NCBI GenBank assembly: GCA_963693365.1
Contig: CAVNZM010000007.1
Span: 6,321,962-6,385,961, forward strand
Direction: 5' to 3'
Length of the DNA: 64,000 nt
DNA from: Amoebidium appalachense
Lineage: Eukaryota > Protista > Ichthyosporea
Part shown: positions 14,176-28,364 of the stretch, one piece after another
How the letters are laid out: each line of letters opens with the position of its first letter
Numbering within the stretch: position 1 is the stretch's first letter
The notes under the pieces: generated by a model
What the model saw: the letters and a program-made list of their open reading frames with translations, nothing else
Database searches by the model: none
What the model was told of the DNA's origin: nothing
Program-made: the position numbers and the translations under genes

Positions 14176-15129
14176 TACATGTACATGTGACCAAACAGTG
14201 CGTGTGGATGAGGAGAAATGAGGCTGCCCCAGGTTGATGTAGACTTGTCTTTCTTTTCACCAATGCATTTTGCCATGCTTCCGGCAGCTTGAAGTTGTTT
14301 GTGGCAATTTCGTTTTTAACCGAGTCAATTTAATAGGTTATTCAGGCTTAAATCAGCACCAATGGTTGTAGTGGGTATCGGCAATCTTTATAAACCATCA
14401 TTTGTTTGTATCCGCATCGGTATCATCACCAAGGTCAGTCGGCAAAGCTGCTTATCATCATGATCAAGGTAAGCTTCGTGTGTAGAGTAGGGCGGCCAAA
14501 AACAACGGTTTCGTTTGTACAAAGTATTTTGCACGTCTTGGCTTGTGGGCTGGCCACCCAAAAATCAAAGATACATAGGGTACTCTAAAAATATGCGAGA
14601 TCACTACGCACTTGATTGTGGGTTGTAACTTACTTACTTAGTCTTGTCCAGTCTTTATGCTGGTACCGTTCACCACAATGTAACGATTCTTGATTTTGAA
14701 ACACTGAGGGGATAATAATAACTTTTTCTTGGTGGTTGTACAGTGGTGCTGGTGGTGGTGGTGGAGGGGGGGGAAGGGGGGAAGGGAGGGGGGGGGGGAG
14801 GGAGGGGGGAGGGGGGGGGGGGACCACGGGGGGAGGGGGGGGGAGGGGGGAGGGGGGAGGACCCAGAGGGGGGGGGGGGAGGGAGAAGGGGGACCCACCA
14901 CCCACTGTGATCAATTTGGTGGGCCCGTACCGTACAGTATATCAGTGAAAAGCACCCGTGCACGGATGGTTAATGCAAAAATGAAAATGAGCTGCAGGCC
15001 TACTAGGGTCACTGGCAGATAGCTTTACTATGCTTTGCCCCCTCCCCCCCCCCCCCCCCCTCCCCCCCTCACCCCCTCCCCTCCCCCCCTCCTCCCCCCC
15101 ACTAAAGGTGTTCCTTCTTTTCCTTCTTC

Positions 15130-15350
<221 letters not shown>

Positions 15351-15652
15351 CCCCCCCCCCCCCCCCCCCCCCGCCCCCCGCCCTACCGAAACTGATAAGA
15401 AAACGACAGCGACTTTCCCTAAATGCGACAACCCCAATTTAAAGGTGGAATTTTGATGGTGGACAGTATCGGTATATATCACCGCTAGTTTTAAGATTCC
15501 TGGCCCTTTCTTCCGAAGTTCCTCCTTTTCCCTTTTTTTATGCGTGTATGTCCGTGTGTTTTGCGTGTGTGTGCACGTGATGATGCGTGGTCACGGTGGT
15601 GCACGGTGGTGGTTGTGCATATATGTGTATCCAGCGGCACTGTTTGTGCACA

Positions 15653-15900
15653 CAAAGGTGACTGAAAATTAGATCATGGGTGCTTTGGAATAGTATGCTT
15701 ATCTTATCTTAAACATTCGTGGACCGGTATACCATCATCCTCGTGCTCTTCAATTTCGCTGTCGGTGGTGTGTGTGTGTGGGGGGAGGGGGGGGGGGGGG
15801 GGGGGGGATTCCGCCAGAATTCACTGCCTCAGTATTATCTTAATTTTAGAATCATTATTGTACTATTTATCAAATATTTCATATTATCACTCACCCCCTG
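15653..15900. mobile_element. Tc1/mariner-like MITE nested in an array unit (copy 2)
   Basis: CAAAGGTGACTGAAAAT ... TCACTCACCCCCTG|TA at the same position in the unit; internal sequence colinear with copies 1 and 3. Confidence 0.55.
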
Positions 15901-16982
15901 TACAGTACATGTGACCAAACAGTATGAGTGGAGGAAGATAAATGAGGCTGCTCTAGCTTAATATAGATTGAGTCTGTTTTCACCAATGGATTTTGCATTT
16001 CTTGGTCGCTTGAAGTTGTATGTGTCATTTTTGTTTTACACTTTCAAGATAATGATAAAAGTATTAAGGTTGTGTTCGGCATCACGGCCTTTACATTGTT
16101 GGTTACCGGCCCCAGAATACTGTACCTATACAACAAACAATAGGATCCGGGTCGCTTTGAAATAGATCATAGCATTTCAAAGTTTTTCGTCGAGTCATTG
16201 AGTTCGAGACCACTTAAGCTTCGTGCACGGAGAAGGGCGGCAGGCGTAATTGCCGTGTGCACAACGTATTGTGCATGCCAGGGCATGGCTTGTAGACTGG
16301 CCAAAATTCGGAACACATTGGGTACTATTTAAATGCAAGGTCACTAGGCATTTGATTGTGGGATCAAAATCATGTCAAATCTATATCTGTTCCCGGTCAC
16401 CACCACTTGAGGGATTATTGGTTTTGAAACGCCGTCGGGTAGGGGGATAGTAATAACTTTCTTTTTAAGAGGAACAGGAGCCCCCCACCCCCCCCCCCAC
16501 CCCCACCCCCCCCCCCCCCCTTTTTTGGACAGGTGCCGGCCGTGGCCACCCCCCCTTCCGGACGGGGGCCACCCACCCTCCCCTCCGGCTATCGGGGAGA
16601 GGGGGGGGGGGGGGGGACCCCCCCCCCCTCTTTTGGGCATGTGCCCGGTGGCTGGGCCCCCACCGGAGTGGGGCTACCCACCCACCCCTCCGTGGGGGGG
16701 GGGGGGGGGGAGGAGGGGGGGAGAAGGGGGGGAGGGGGGGAGGGGGGGAGGGGAGGGATGGAAACCACCACCCACGGTGTTCACTTAAAGCTTGGCGGGC
16801 CCGTGCGGGTTTTGCATGTCAGTGAATAGGTCCCGTGCCGGGAAGGTAAAAACAAATACTGATGTAAGCCACAGGTAGGGTTACAGGTAGCTTTACCTTG
16901 CTTCCCCTGCCCCTCCCCTGCCCCTCTCCCCCTTGTTTTCTTTTTTCCCGCCCCTACTCGGCCCTCTGCACCCCCTCCCGTG

Positions 16983-17019
<37 letters not shown>

Positions 17020-17021
17020 CC

Positions 17022-17056
<35 letters not shown>

Positions 17057-17218
17057 TGTCCCGCAAAAAATGACAGTGTTCTTCGTTAAGGCCGCAGGGG
17101 GGGAATTTGATGGAGGACAGCATCTGTATAGATCACCACTGATTTTGTGATTCTGTAACCTTTGTTCTTCCTCCTCCAGGCTGTCTATTTTTGTGTGTGC
17201 CCTTTCTTCTTCCTCTTC

Positions 17219-17258
<40 letters not shown>

Positions 17259-17734
17259 CTTTCTTTTTCCTCTCAGAGGGGGGGGGGGGGGGGGGTTGTG
17301 TGTGTGTGTCCGTCTGTTGTGCGTGTAGGTACGCGTGTGCATGCAGAATCGGCTTACTTGCTGCTGAACCCCAATTTGAGAGGGATTTTGATGGCGCTGG
17401 ACAGTATCTATATATATCACCGCTAATTTTGTGGTTATTAAAGCCCTTTCGCTTCCTCTTCTTCTTCTTCTTCTTCTTTTGTGCGTGTATGTACGTGTGT
17501 CGTGCTTGTAGGCCATGGTGCTCATAGGCGGTCAAGGTGGCGCGCGGTGGTGGTAACCGTTGTGTATAACATGTGTTGTGTATCCTGTGGCATTGTTTGT
17601 GCATGCAGTACTTGTACGTGTAACCAAAGTAAGGAGAAACTGATGTTGTGATTTTTTGGCCTTTCTTCTTCCTCTTCCGGGGTTTTTTTTTGTGTGTGGC
17701 CTGTCTTCTCAGTTGCCGGCAGGTGGGAGGGGGA

Positions 17735-17769
<35 letters not shown>

Positions 17770-17859
17770 CCAGTGAGTTGTGTGTGTGGGTGCGCGTGTG
17801 CATGCGTGGCCACGGTGGTTGTGTATTTTGTGTATCCAGCGGCACTATTTGTGCATACA

Positions 17860-17974
17860 CAGGGTGACTGAAAAATCAGTAATCTGATGGGTACTTTGGA
17901 AATAGGGTCTATTTATCTTAAATTATCAGGGATCATAGCCCTCCTGTTCCTAAATTTCTCCGTTGGTGGTGTGT

Positions 17975-18005
<31 letters not shown>

Positions 18006-18192
18006 GGGGGGGAGGGGTACATAGGTTTTTTTTTGGGGGGGGGGGGGCGGTGGAGGAGGGGGGGAGGGGGGTTGGGGGGGGGGGGGGGTTGGGGAGGGGG
18101 GATTTAAAAGTTCACCAGAACTTCGGGCAGGGTTTATCATATTAGAAGAAGGAATAGTGCTATTTCAAATCATCCGAATTTCAGTCACCTTG
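17860..18192. mobile_element. Tc1/mariner-like MITE nested in an array unit (copy 3)
   Basis: TIRs CAGGGTGACTGAAA ... TTTCAGTCACCTTG|TA, with further imperfect subterminal complementarity. Confidence 0.65.
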
Positions 18193-19108
18193 TACATGTA
18201 CATGTGACCGAACAGTAGGGGTTGAGGAGTCCGGAGAAACGAGGCAGTGCCCTAGGTTGATGAAAACCCATTCTATTTTCACCAATACATTTTGTAATTT
18301 CTGGGCGGCTTGAAGTTGTTTGTGACATTCAAGTTGTTCTGCACCTTCAAACTACTAATAATTATATCGTCTTTTTCCAACACCATTGCCAAATTCTAGT
18401 ATGTACCGGCCCCAACTGAGATACCTATTACATTTTGTTTGAGTCCGGGTCGATTTCATAGTACTGCAGATTCATTCTCTGAGGCTACTTAAGCTTCGTA
18501 TATGGAGCAGGGCGGCCAAATGGCTATAACACCCAAGCCAAGTCATGTGTTGCACGAAGTATTGTGCAAGTCTTGGCTTATGGACTGGCCGCCCAAAATC
18601 CAGCGTTACATATGTTACTCTTGGAGATTGCAAGCCCACTATGTCGGCATTTGATTGCGGGATGAAGATCTTGTCAAATCTATATGCTGCAGTGCCAGTC
18701 ACCGTAAGAGATTCTTGGTTTGAAACGGGGAGCGGGGTGCTACTGAGTGGCAAATTTTGTGGGGGGGGAGGCGGGGGGGGGGGGGGGGGGGGGGGGGGGG
18801 AGGAGGGCACCCACCCCTCCGGCTAGCCCAGTGGGGGACGGAGGGGGGAGGGGGGAGGGGGGGGAGGCACCACCCACGGTCCTATGTATGCGGGTGCGGC
18901 CCCGGGCCTTCTCACCCCCCAGGCTGCGATGACTATCGGATATGTAACCTGATCATATAACAGAACTATCATTTAGCTGCAACGGTTGAGTAAAAGGTAC
19001 ATTCCCAAAGCTGCCCTAAACACTGAAGCTTGCTTATAGTAGGAGTCCTTGATCACCTGAAACATAGGCTACATATGCATGGTACGGTCATGCTCCAGCC
19101 CCCCCTTC

Positions 19109-19144
<36 letters not shown>

Positions 19145-19487
19145 CTCCCCTCCCCGGGCCCTCCCCTTCACGGACCTGGGCGGACGTATTTAATTGACAC
19201 GTACCTGCACACACATGTACCACGTGCACTTGGCAAGCGAGGTGCACAAACCAGCGATGCCAGCCTACATGAACATGCAGCCTACATGAACATGCATATA
19301 CTCATCCACACCACACACACATACATTCCCCACCACACACACACACAGTGTAACACTGCACGGTGAGCACAATAACCTTGCCCCGATATTTCATAGCTTA
19401 GTAATCGTTGACCGTAACGAATACAGCCTTTGGTGGGTGGACTGAGCCTCTAAGATGTTTGCCTACACATGCACACGCGCGGGATGA

Positions 19488-19531
<44 letters not shown>

Positions 19532-20665
19532 GGACCGCAGATGGGTCTCCTCCCCCCCCCCCCCCTCCCCTCCGCGGCTGCTTTGGTGGCTGTACATCTG
19601 GACCAGTACTGTATTTTACTGTACTTTAGAAAAACCTACGGCAGCCCAGAGTGTGCACGTGAGGAAAACGAGCAGACACATGACGTTTTGTGGTTGTTGT
19701 ATTGCTTAATAAGCCGAAGAAGAATTCGAATTCACTGGTTGGTTCTGGATTAGTAAGGCTTTGTAATCACGTGACACATTCGAAATTTTAGGGGGCCACT
19801 ATGTTATTAATTACTGATTTGGTGCTTTAGCCGGAGCAATAACAACTCTGTCACTCATTAACATTAATTAAGTCTTAGATTTGTTAGGCCTCAGCAGCTG
19901 CATGCATGGATGAGCTGCAAACATATATTCAACCTTGCCCACCGTCCTCACCCATCAAGAAGCCTGTAAAGATCCCGGATCCTGTTACAGTGCCCCCCCC
20001 CCCCCCCCCCCCCCCCTCCCCCCCTCCCCCTCCCCGCGCTTTGCTTCCACCTTTTCTCGTGCCTGCGCGTGGACCAATCCCACCACATGCCGGTATCAAG
20101 GGCAAAGGTTTCCTTGAATTTAAAATGGGAGGGTGGGTAGTAATAAATATTATGGTTCCCCCTCATGATCCCTCCCCGTTTTTTTTTTAGTGGGCAGGGG
20201 GGGGGGGGGGGGGGGGGGAGGGAGAGAGAGAGGGAGGGGACACACCTGCTTGAGGTGGTGGTGGTCCCCCCCCCCCACCCTCCCCCCTCCCCCCTCCCCC
20301 CGCCCTGGAGCTCTCTGGGGCGGTGGGTCGACCCCCGCAGGGTGGAGGAGTCCGACAGCCCCCTTCCCCCACTCCCCCCCCCCCCCCCCCCCCCCCCCTC
20401 CCCCCCCCCGCCAAAAAAAAAAAAGAAAAAAAAAAAACCCTGCCTCTCCTCCTCGTCATCCACCACCATCACCAACAGGCAGTTACTTAACCCCTTTGTT
20501 TTAACTAGCGCTTCAAACTTTGATTAGGTTAGATCCAGCACAACATGTGCGTGTGTGTATGCGTCTGCAACTTGTGTGCCATGTACACTTGTGTGCGTGT
20601 GTATGTGTTATGACGGTGAGCGTGCATGGCCGCACGTACATGTGTGCGCAACACACATTCGGCAG

Positions 20666-20788
20666 GCTGAATATGATATCTTTGAGTGGCCTGTGTGCGT
20701 AAACGTCGTCAAAGTGTGCCGCCCTGCCCAAGAATTTGAACAGTTATGGCAGTTATGGAATTATTCGTGTGTGGCACCAGAACTGAGG
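20666..20788 (+). other. Candidate orphan internal exon (small gene or gene remnant)
   Basis: Bounded by CAG| and |GTATGT, 123 nt, open in phase 0 (AEYDIFEWPVCVNVVKVCRPAQEFEQLWQLWNYSCVAPELR). No recognised homology. Confidence 0.25.
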
Positions 20789-21195
20789 GTATGTGTGTGC
20801 TTGTGTTGTGTGTTTATGTTGTTGGTGGTGCGAGCAGTGGGAGGGGGGGGAGAGGGGCGGGGAAGGGGGAAAGGATTAGGGGAGTAAGAGAGAGAAAAAG
20901 GTATCGAGAGAGACTTGTGCCACGTGTGCACGCGTGCCCACATGCATCATTATATGTGCCACTACAAAATTTAACATATCACCCTGCGGCAGTCTGTGAG
21001 GGTGCGCACGGCGTGTGCGTGTGTGCCTGCGTGCGCATCTGTGCATGTGTGCGTGCTTGCGCGAGTGTGTGTGTGTGCCTGCGTGCACGAGTTACGGTGC
21101 TGTTTTCCACCTGGCGTGTGTGTGTGTGTGCGTATGCGTTTGTGGGGTTTCTGCCGGTGCATAGTTTGCCCTCTTTCCCCCCCCCCCCCCCCCCC

Positions 21196-21246
<51 letters not shown>

Positions 21247-21673
21247 GCACGCGTGGTACGTGTGCGTGTGTGTGCGCGCGCGCACTCGCATGCTGCATGC
21301 GTGGTTGCGTGTGTGTGTGTTTGCGCACGCGCTTGCAACTTTGTATTCGTGTGACCTTGCCAGTGTTGGCTTGATGACTCCAACGTGGTGTAGTGATTCT
21401 TGATGCTATGTTGCTATGATCTCTTGAGTGCACCATGTATGGCCAACGTTAAAAAGAATGCACTCTCAAGTTTGCTGCTGAAAGGGGTTGAGGGAGGTCA
21501 TGTGGGGAATCAGCAGTGGCGCGAGAAGGGGTTGGTGGGGGGGGGAGTTGGGGGTTGGGGGGGGAGGCAGACTGCCAGTGCCATTTAAAAAGGGCGGAAA
21601 AGTGATACTGCCTCCTCCAATGAAAGTGTTGGTGCATATGTATCCAATCAGATCAGGCAGTGTTTTTTTTTGT

Positions 21674-21718
<45 letters not shown>

Positions 21719-22248
21719 GCGGAATGATTCGGAATGTCTGACTCCCCAACAAATGCCCACTTATGAAGACCCCACTTGCGGTTAACGTTACCAGCGACAC
21801 AAAACACGGTTTGTTGCTTGCTGTGAAACTTCCTACATTCATATTCAATACACGCATTATTGCGAGGCGGCTTCATAAAGTTCATATGCATAGGATATTT
21901 CAAACCTTTTGGATGTATGATAGTTGCCAACATTCTTTCACGTGGTTTTGGCCAGCTTATTGGTCAAACAAAAAAGAAACGGGGCCCAATCAGCAGTTGG
22001 GTGTGATCTAGGGTTCAAACATTCAAAACAGAAGCCATTTTTCAGAAGTTCTAGAAACAATGTGTGCAAAGCAATCTGCAGAATAGAGTAGCTTTAATTT
22101 AAAAAATATGTATTTATACTGTTAAAATATTTGTATACAGGCGCTAATTATTATAACCTGGCAGTAATGCTATTTTTTCCCATTTAAATTATAACTCAGT
22201 TTTATTGTCGAGTCCCAAAATGTATTTTCAACCCAGGGCTTAAAATTA

Positions 22249-22342
22249 CAGTGCCACTTGGCAGTAAAAAACAACCTGAAATCCGAAAAAAGCCACTTGA
22301 CGCGGACCGCCAGTTCCACTGAAATCAGTGTCAGTGGCACTG
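22249..22342. mobile_element. 94-bp Tc1/mariner-type MITE upstream of CPT2
   Basis: TA|CAGTGCCACT ... AGTGGCACTG|TA: perfect 10-bp TIR with TA on both sides. Related motifs at 22310 and 22383. Confidence 0.55.
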
Positions 22343-22683
22343 TAGAATTATATATATATTATATGTATGTATGTATGTGCTACAGTGGCACTGAAAATAC
22401 AGTCGGGGTTACGAAAAACATGCACCGGATTCCCGAAAAACCACTACGATAAAAAACGAATTTTAAGCCCTGATTCAACCCCTCGCTTAAAGTTTAGGGG
22501 GTCATAACACTTTGTCGTGAAAGCCTCAAAGTGAGCCCTGGTAAAGCCAACCAAAGCGCGCGAATTTTTTTTGGATAAAAACGAGGTGTTTTTGACACCA
22601 GAGCAAAAGGGGGAAAGAGGGGGGTGTGATATAGTAAGGAATACAAAGATAACTTAGGTAAAGTAAAGGGTCTTACAAGGAAC

Positions 22684-25610
22684 ATGTCTGCTCTTCAGGT
22701 CTCCGCCCTGGCACGGGCGGCTCGGCCTGCCCTTGCCATTAGAGCTGTTGGGCTGGCGTCCATGCACTACCGTGGAAAGTCCACGGCTCTGCCTTGGGAC
22801 GATGTCTACATCCAGAAGAGTGTTATCCCATCATTCTCCTTCCAGGCGAGCATGCCCCGGCTACCCGTTCCCACGCTGGACGAAACACTGAAAAGGTGCG
22901 TTTTCATAAGCATCTGCAGTTGGGATGGTAGCATCCACTTGACCCTTTTTTTCGATGTTTTTTGAATCAGAAAACAACAGGAAAACGTTGAAAGGATCCC
23001 TTACGCTATTATCAGTATCTAAGCTCACGCGCACCTAATAGGTATGTGGACTCCATTGAGCCGCTGTGCACCCCTGAGGAGTTTGCCCTTGCCAAGAATT
23101 TGGCAAACGAGTTCAAGGATGGACCAGGAAAGGCTCTTCAGGAAGAGCTTGTTGCTTTCAACAAGAGCAACAAGAACACTAGCTACATCACAAAGGCATG
23201 GTTTGACATGTATCTGGAGGGGCGCTATCCCCTGCCAGCAAACTCAAACCCCTACATTGCCTGGCATATGGATCCTAACCCAGCCAAGAACTCACAGGTA
23301 TGGATCCTAACAGTCAAGAACGTATGCATAGGGGAACTTGATAGTGAGAGTCTGGGATGGGTAGAAAGCACCTCCCCCTTCTCACCTGGACTTCAACCCC
23401 CCCCCCCCTCCCCCCCCTCCCCCCCCCCCCCCCACACACACACAGAGTGACCAGATTCCTACCCCATCTCCCCTCCGTGGCACTAGCCTTAAGGGCAGAT
23501 CTAGCTCTGTTCCTGCCTCTTGCTCCTCCCAGCAGGTTCATCTCAGCCTATTAGGTTGCGTGCCATGCAAACATCTTGGGCTTCTGCTAGCCCATTTTCC
23601 TATTATTTTTGGCGGGTTTTCTTACCTCCTTCGCCCCCCCCCTTTCTCTCTCCCTCTCACTCTCACTCTCCCCCAACACTCTTCTCTCTTCCCTCCCTCC
23701 CCCCCCCCCCCCCCCTTTCCCTTTCCCTCCCCACCACCTACTCCCCCCCCCCCCCCCCCCTTGCATCCCTGGCTTCTATTTTTTCGATACCATTCCACTT
23801 GTGCTCTTCTCTCTCCCTACTTTCCCTTCCCCCCCCTCCCCCGGACGCTCTGTGAATGCCCTATCTGCCTCCATTGCAGCATTCAAAGGTTTTATCTTTG
23901 GTGTATCCCCTTCATTGATTCATTCCTGTTCTCTTTTTTGTCTCTCCCCCCCAACACACACACACCCTCTCTCCCTCCCACCCCTTTTCCTCCACCCCCC
24001 CCCCCCCCCCCCCCTTCTCTTTTTACCCACTACATCTCCCCCTATCCCCTCCCTCCCCCCCCCCCCTCCCCCCCCCCCCCCCCCCCCGCGCTCTCTCTCT
24101 TCCCTCCCCGAGACCCCCCTCTCCCCTTCCCTCTCCCTACTCTCTTCCATCATATCTTCTTTCCCTCAATATAACACTGATGTAAATCCCCATTCAGGAC
24201 ATTCGCACGGCCATCCTCGTGCGCTCCTCCCTCCGTTTCTACAAGTCCCTCAAGGCCGGGCTGCTCAAGCCCGACCTGTACCACATGAACCCCAAGAAGA
24301 CCGACAACGACAAATTCTTGTCTAGGGCTAAATGGATCCCATCCCCCCTGAGGTATGACCTAGATGCTGGCAAGACGGGGCCTGGGTAGAGTGGAGGAGG
24401 ACGGGGGGGGGGGGGGGGGGGAGGGGGGGAGGAGGGGGCAGGGGAGTTGTGACGGAGTGTGGGGCACTTAAGAAGTGACCGAGGGTGTTGGGAAGGGGCT
24501 GAAGGGGGGGGGGGGGGGGGGGGGGGGGAGGGGAAGAAGGGATTGAGAGGATGGGCTTGGATACGGCTCATACGGGAGCATGGGAATGAAAAGGGATGGC
24601 ATGATGTGGCGGCAGTGGTGATTGTGATCGGGGAAAGGGCATGGAAGGGGATGTGTGTATGTGTATGTGGGGGGGGGGGGGGGGGGGGGGGGAGGGTGGG
24701 TGGAGGCGGAGAAGAGGACGATGTTGGTGGGTGGTTTGGGGGGAGGGGAAGGGGGGAAGGGGAGAAAAATTTGTTAGTGGGTGGGGAGGTGTGGGTGTGA
24801 TTGGGGCATAAACTACGGCATGTGTGTGCTTAGTGTATGTGTGCGTGTGTGTGTGTGTGTGTGGGGGGGGGGGAAACTCTGGATCGGCATGAACAGAGAG
24901 GTGAGGGATAATGGTGGTGAATGTCTGGGTGATGTGGAAACCAGGGTTATAACCGGGTGGGTGGTGGGAGGGAGGGAGAGAGAGAGAGAGAGCCGAGGAG
25001 GGGGGAGGGGGGGGGGGAGAAGGAATTGGTGGTGGTGGGTTGGTAATTGGATATGGGACCGGAGACGGAGGTATTTCTGGGGACGCCGATGTACTACTGT
25101 TATGTTGCACAAGGTTGTCTTTGGCTCTTGTGCTCATACACTTCCCCTTTCTGATTCATTATCCCCAACACATCGCATCGCATAACAGGTGGGTGTATGC
25201 CTACATGAACGGTGTGTTCCCTCTGGACATGAGCCAATATGGCCGCCTGTTCCAGTCCACCCGCATCCCGCGCAAGGGCAAGGACGAGCTATTTACAGAC
25301 AATAGTGCCCGGCACGTTGCTGTCATGAGACGCAACCGAGTCTACACGTTTGACGTACTGAAGGAGGATGGGGGAATTGTGTCCACGGAGGAGGTTCTGG
25401 CAAACATTCGGGGTGTCCTGGCCGATAATAGGCCCCCTGAGCAGTTTGCTCTTGGTGCACTGACTACGGATGACAGGTAGGGTGAATGAGTGGATGGAGG
25501 GTGTGTGTGTGTGTCTGTGTGGGTGGGTGGAGGGGAGGGGGGGGTAGGGGCAAAAGGAGGGGAATGGGGTTGGTGGGTGGGTGATGGTGGTGGGGGGGGG
25601 GGGGGAAGGA

Positions 25611-25643
<33 letters not shown>

Positions 25644-26403
25644 CTGGAGATTGGTAGTTTTCTTGGGGGAAAGGAAGGAAGAATAATGATGGATGGTGTG
25701 GGCTATATTTTAGACCATGTGGCCGACGTTGCGAAGCTTTAGTTGTGGTGGTTGGCTACACGCAGAGCTGACGTGCCTGTGTTGGGTGAGAGAGGGGGGA
25801 AAGGGAGGAGACAAAGATTGTGTATGTGTGTGTAGGGGAAAGGGGGAGGAGTTACTTCTTTTTTCAAGAAGGAAGGAAGTGGTGGAGTTCGAGAGTTCCG
25901 AGGGGGGGGGGGGGGGGGGGGGAGGGGGGGAAGAGATTGACCCGATTAGGGGGCATTCGAAGGGGATGGGGGCAATTGCAAAGGGATGAAGTGGAGGTGG
26001 GGGTAGCCGGAACGGTGAAGGAAAATGAGGGAAGGGGACGTAGTAGAAGGGTGCAGGGGAAGAAGGGAGATGGGGTGACTTGTGGAGTGTGTGTCCTGCC
26101 TCCGGTAATGGGCAAAAGTGGGGGAGGAAAGGGGGGAGGAGAGTAGCCGAGATGGAAGAGGGGGGAGGGGGGGATGGGGGGGGGGGGGGGGAGGGGGGGG
26201 GGGGGGGGGGGGGTGGCAAGGGCCGAAGGGTGGTCTGAGAGGAGGGGGTGGAGGGGAAGGGAGGGAGAGATGGCCAAACATGTAAGGACAGAGGGGAGAG
26301 AGATGGGGGGTGGGGGGGGGGGGAAGAGGGAAGAAAGGGTTGGAATGGCAAGACTCCTTGGCGAACAGGGAAGCACATGCACGGGCTGGGACCGTGTGTG
26401 TGT

Positions 26404-26444
<41 letters not shown>

Positions 26445-26691
26445 GGGGGGAGGGATCGTCAAGAGTACCGGTGCATGCACAGGTTTACATATTAGGGCGG
26501 AGGGGAAGGGCAGGGTGCAGGGAAACGGCAAAAAGGGGGGTTGGGGGAGGAGGGAATAGGGGGAGGGGGGGGGGGGGAGGGGGGGGGGGAGGGGGGGGGA
26601 CTGCCAGTCGAGTTGTCAATTAACATGCCCTCAAATGGACACTGATTTCGTCGATACACACACACACACACGACAACACTCGCACATGACA

Positions 26692-26727
<36 letters not shown>

Positions 26728-27488
26728 CACACACCACACTTCACTCAACTACATCTCCCAATTACAAACACCCGACGCCTCCCCATCCCCCCTCCCCCCC
26801 CCCCCCCTTCCCCCTTCCCCCTTCTCCCCCCCCCGCCCCCACCCCCTCCCCCCCTGATCCGCCCCCCCCCCACACACACAAACACAACGTACACTTTCAG
26901 AGATGCATGGGCCGAAGCACGCACCTCCCTCGAGCAGGACCCAACCAACGCCCACTCTCTCAAAGCTCTCGACTCCGCGCTCTTCCTCGTTGTTCTAGAC
27001 GACCACAGCAAGGGGGAGAACGATCTTCCAGGCCTCAATGGTCAGCTTCTGCTTGGTGATGGGCGCAACCGTTGGTACGATAAGAGCTTCTCGATGATTG
27101 TGCTGCCTGATGGTATGGCTGCCGTCAACTTTGAGCACGCGTGGGGCGATGGTATCTCGGTGCTCAGGTGTGTGTGTGTGTGTTGTGTGTGTGTGCTGTT
27201 TGTTTTTGGTTGTGCCGTGTCGTGCTTGTTGTGCGGGTGTTGGTCTTGTGTACATCTGGTTGTTGTGTGTGTGCTTGTTATGCGTGTGTGTGTGTGTGCT
27301 GTGCAGTTGGTGCGTGTTTATGTGTGGTTGTGGGTCGTGTTCAGTGTGCCCGTCTGGTCGATGAGATTTGACCAAGGTATGGGGATGATCGGGAGTGCTG
27401 CAGAGGGTATTGGTTTGGAGGGGAGGTGGGGAGGATGGGAGGGGGAGGGGGGCTTTGGGGTCCGGGGAGGGGAGGGAGAGGAGGAGGT

Positions 27489-27535
<47 letters not shown>

Positions 27536-27593
27536 CTTGTGGTACAGCATAAATGGCTTTTCGTTTCTCTCCTTTTTTTTCGTTTTTTTTTTT

Positions 27594-27624
<31 letters not shown>

Positions 27625-28181
27625 GGGGTATTGGGGCTGCCTCAAAGAAGTAGCATGAACACACTTCTGGATTTGACCCCTGGGGTGTGTGTGACATCAC
27701 AATGCACCGAGTAAACGGAGGGCCCCTCAAAACGAGATCTCGTTACTGACCATGTGAAATGCAGATACATCAACGAGGTGTATGCAGATTCAAAGGAGGC
27801 ACCCCTGCCTAAACCCGCCCAGGCCGTTACCCCCACAGAGCTCAAGTTCAACCTCACCCCTGACGTGAAGCTGGCCATTGACAAGTCGGCAAAGAGATTC
27901 GATGATGTACGTGCACTTGAAGGTTTTGAATGTTATTTCAATTGGATATGTTTTTGACGTGCCCTACTGGCCTGGCTTCTGATTTTCATATTGTTAATGT
28001 ATATGGGGTCAGTAGGTGCCTGTGTTGGAACCTGGGATTGGGGACTTGCAGTGCACATGAACACTGTTCAGTTTGTGTGCAAGTGTGCAAGCAGTTGCTT
28101 TTGGCGGTGATGATTTTAGAGTGGTTGCACCGACAGGGAGAAAAGGTAAGAGTGGAGGGTGGTGGTGAAAAAGAAGGGGAT

Positions 28182-28212
<31 letters not shown>

Positions 28213-28331
28213 TAATACATCAAAATCAGGATCCAGTGACCCACCTTTTTTCCTATTCTGATCCTCGCCCCTTTTCTCGCTCTCCCTCCCTCTCCCCTTC
28301 CTTTCCTCCCCCCCCCCCCTTCCCGTCCCCC

Positions 28332-28364
<33 letters not shown>

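Noticed and set aside
21466-22011. Moderately complex ORFs on both strands upstream of CPT2
   Set aside because: No recognisable motif and no consistent splice structure.
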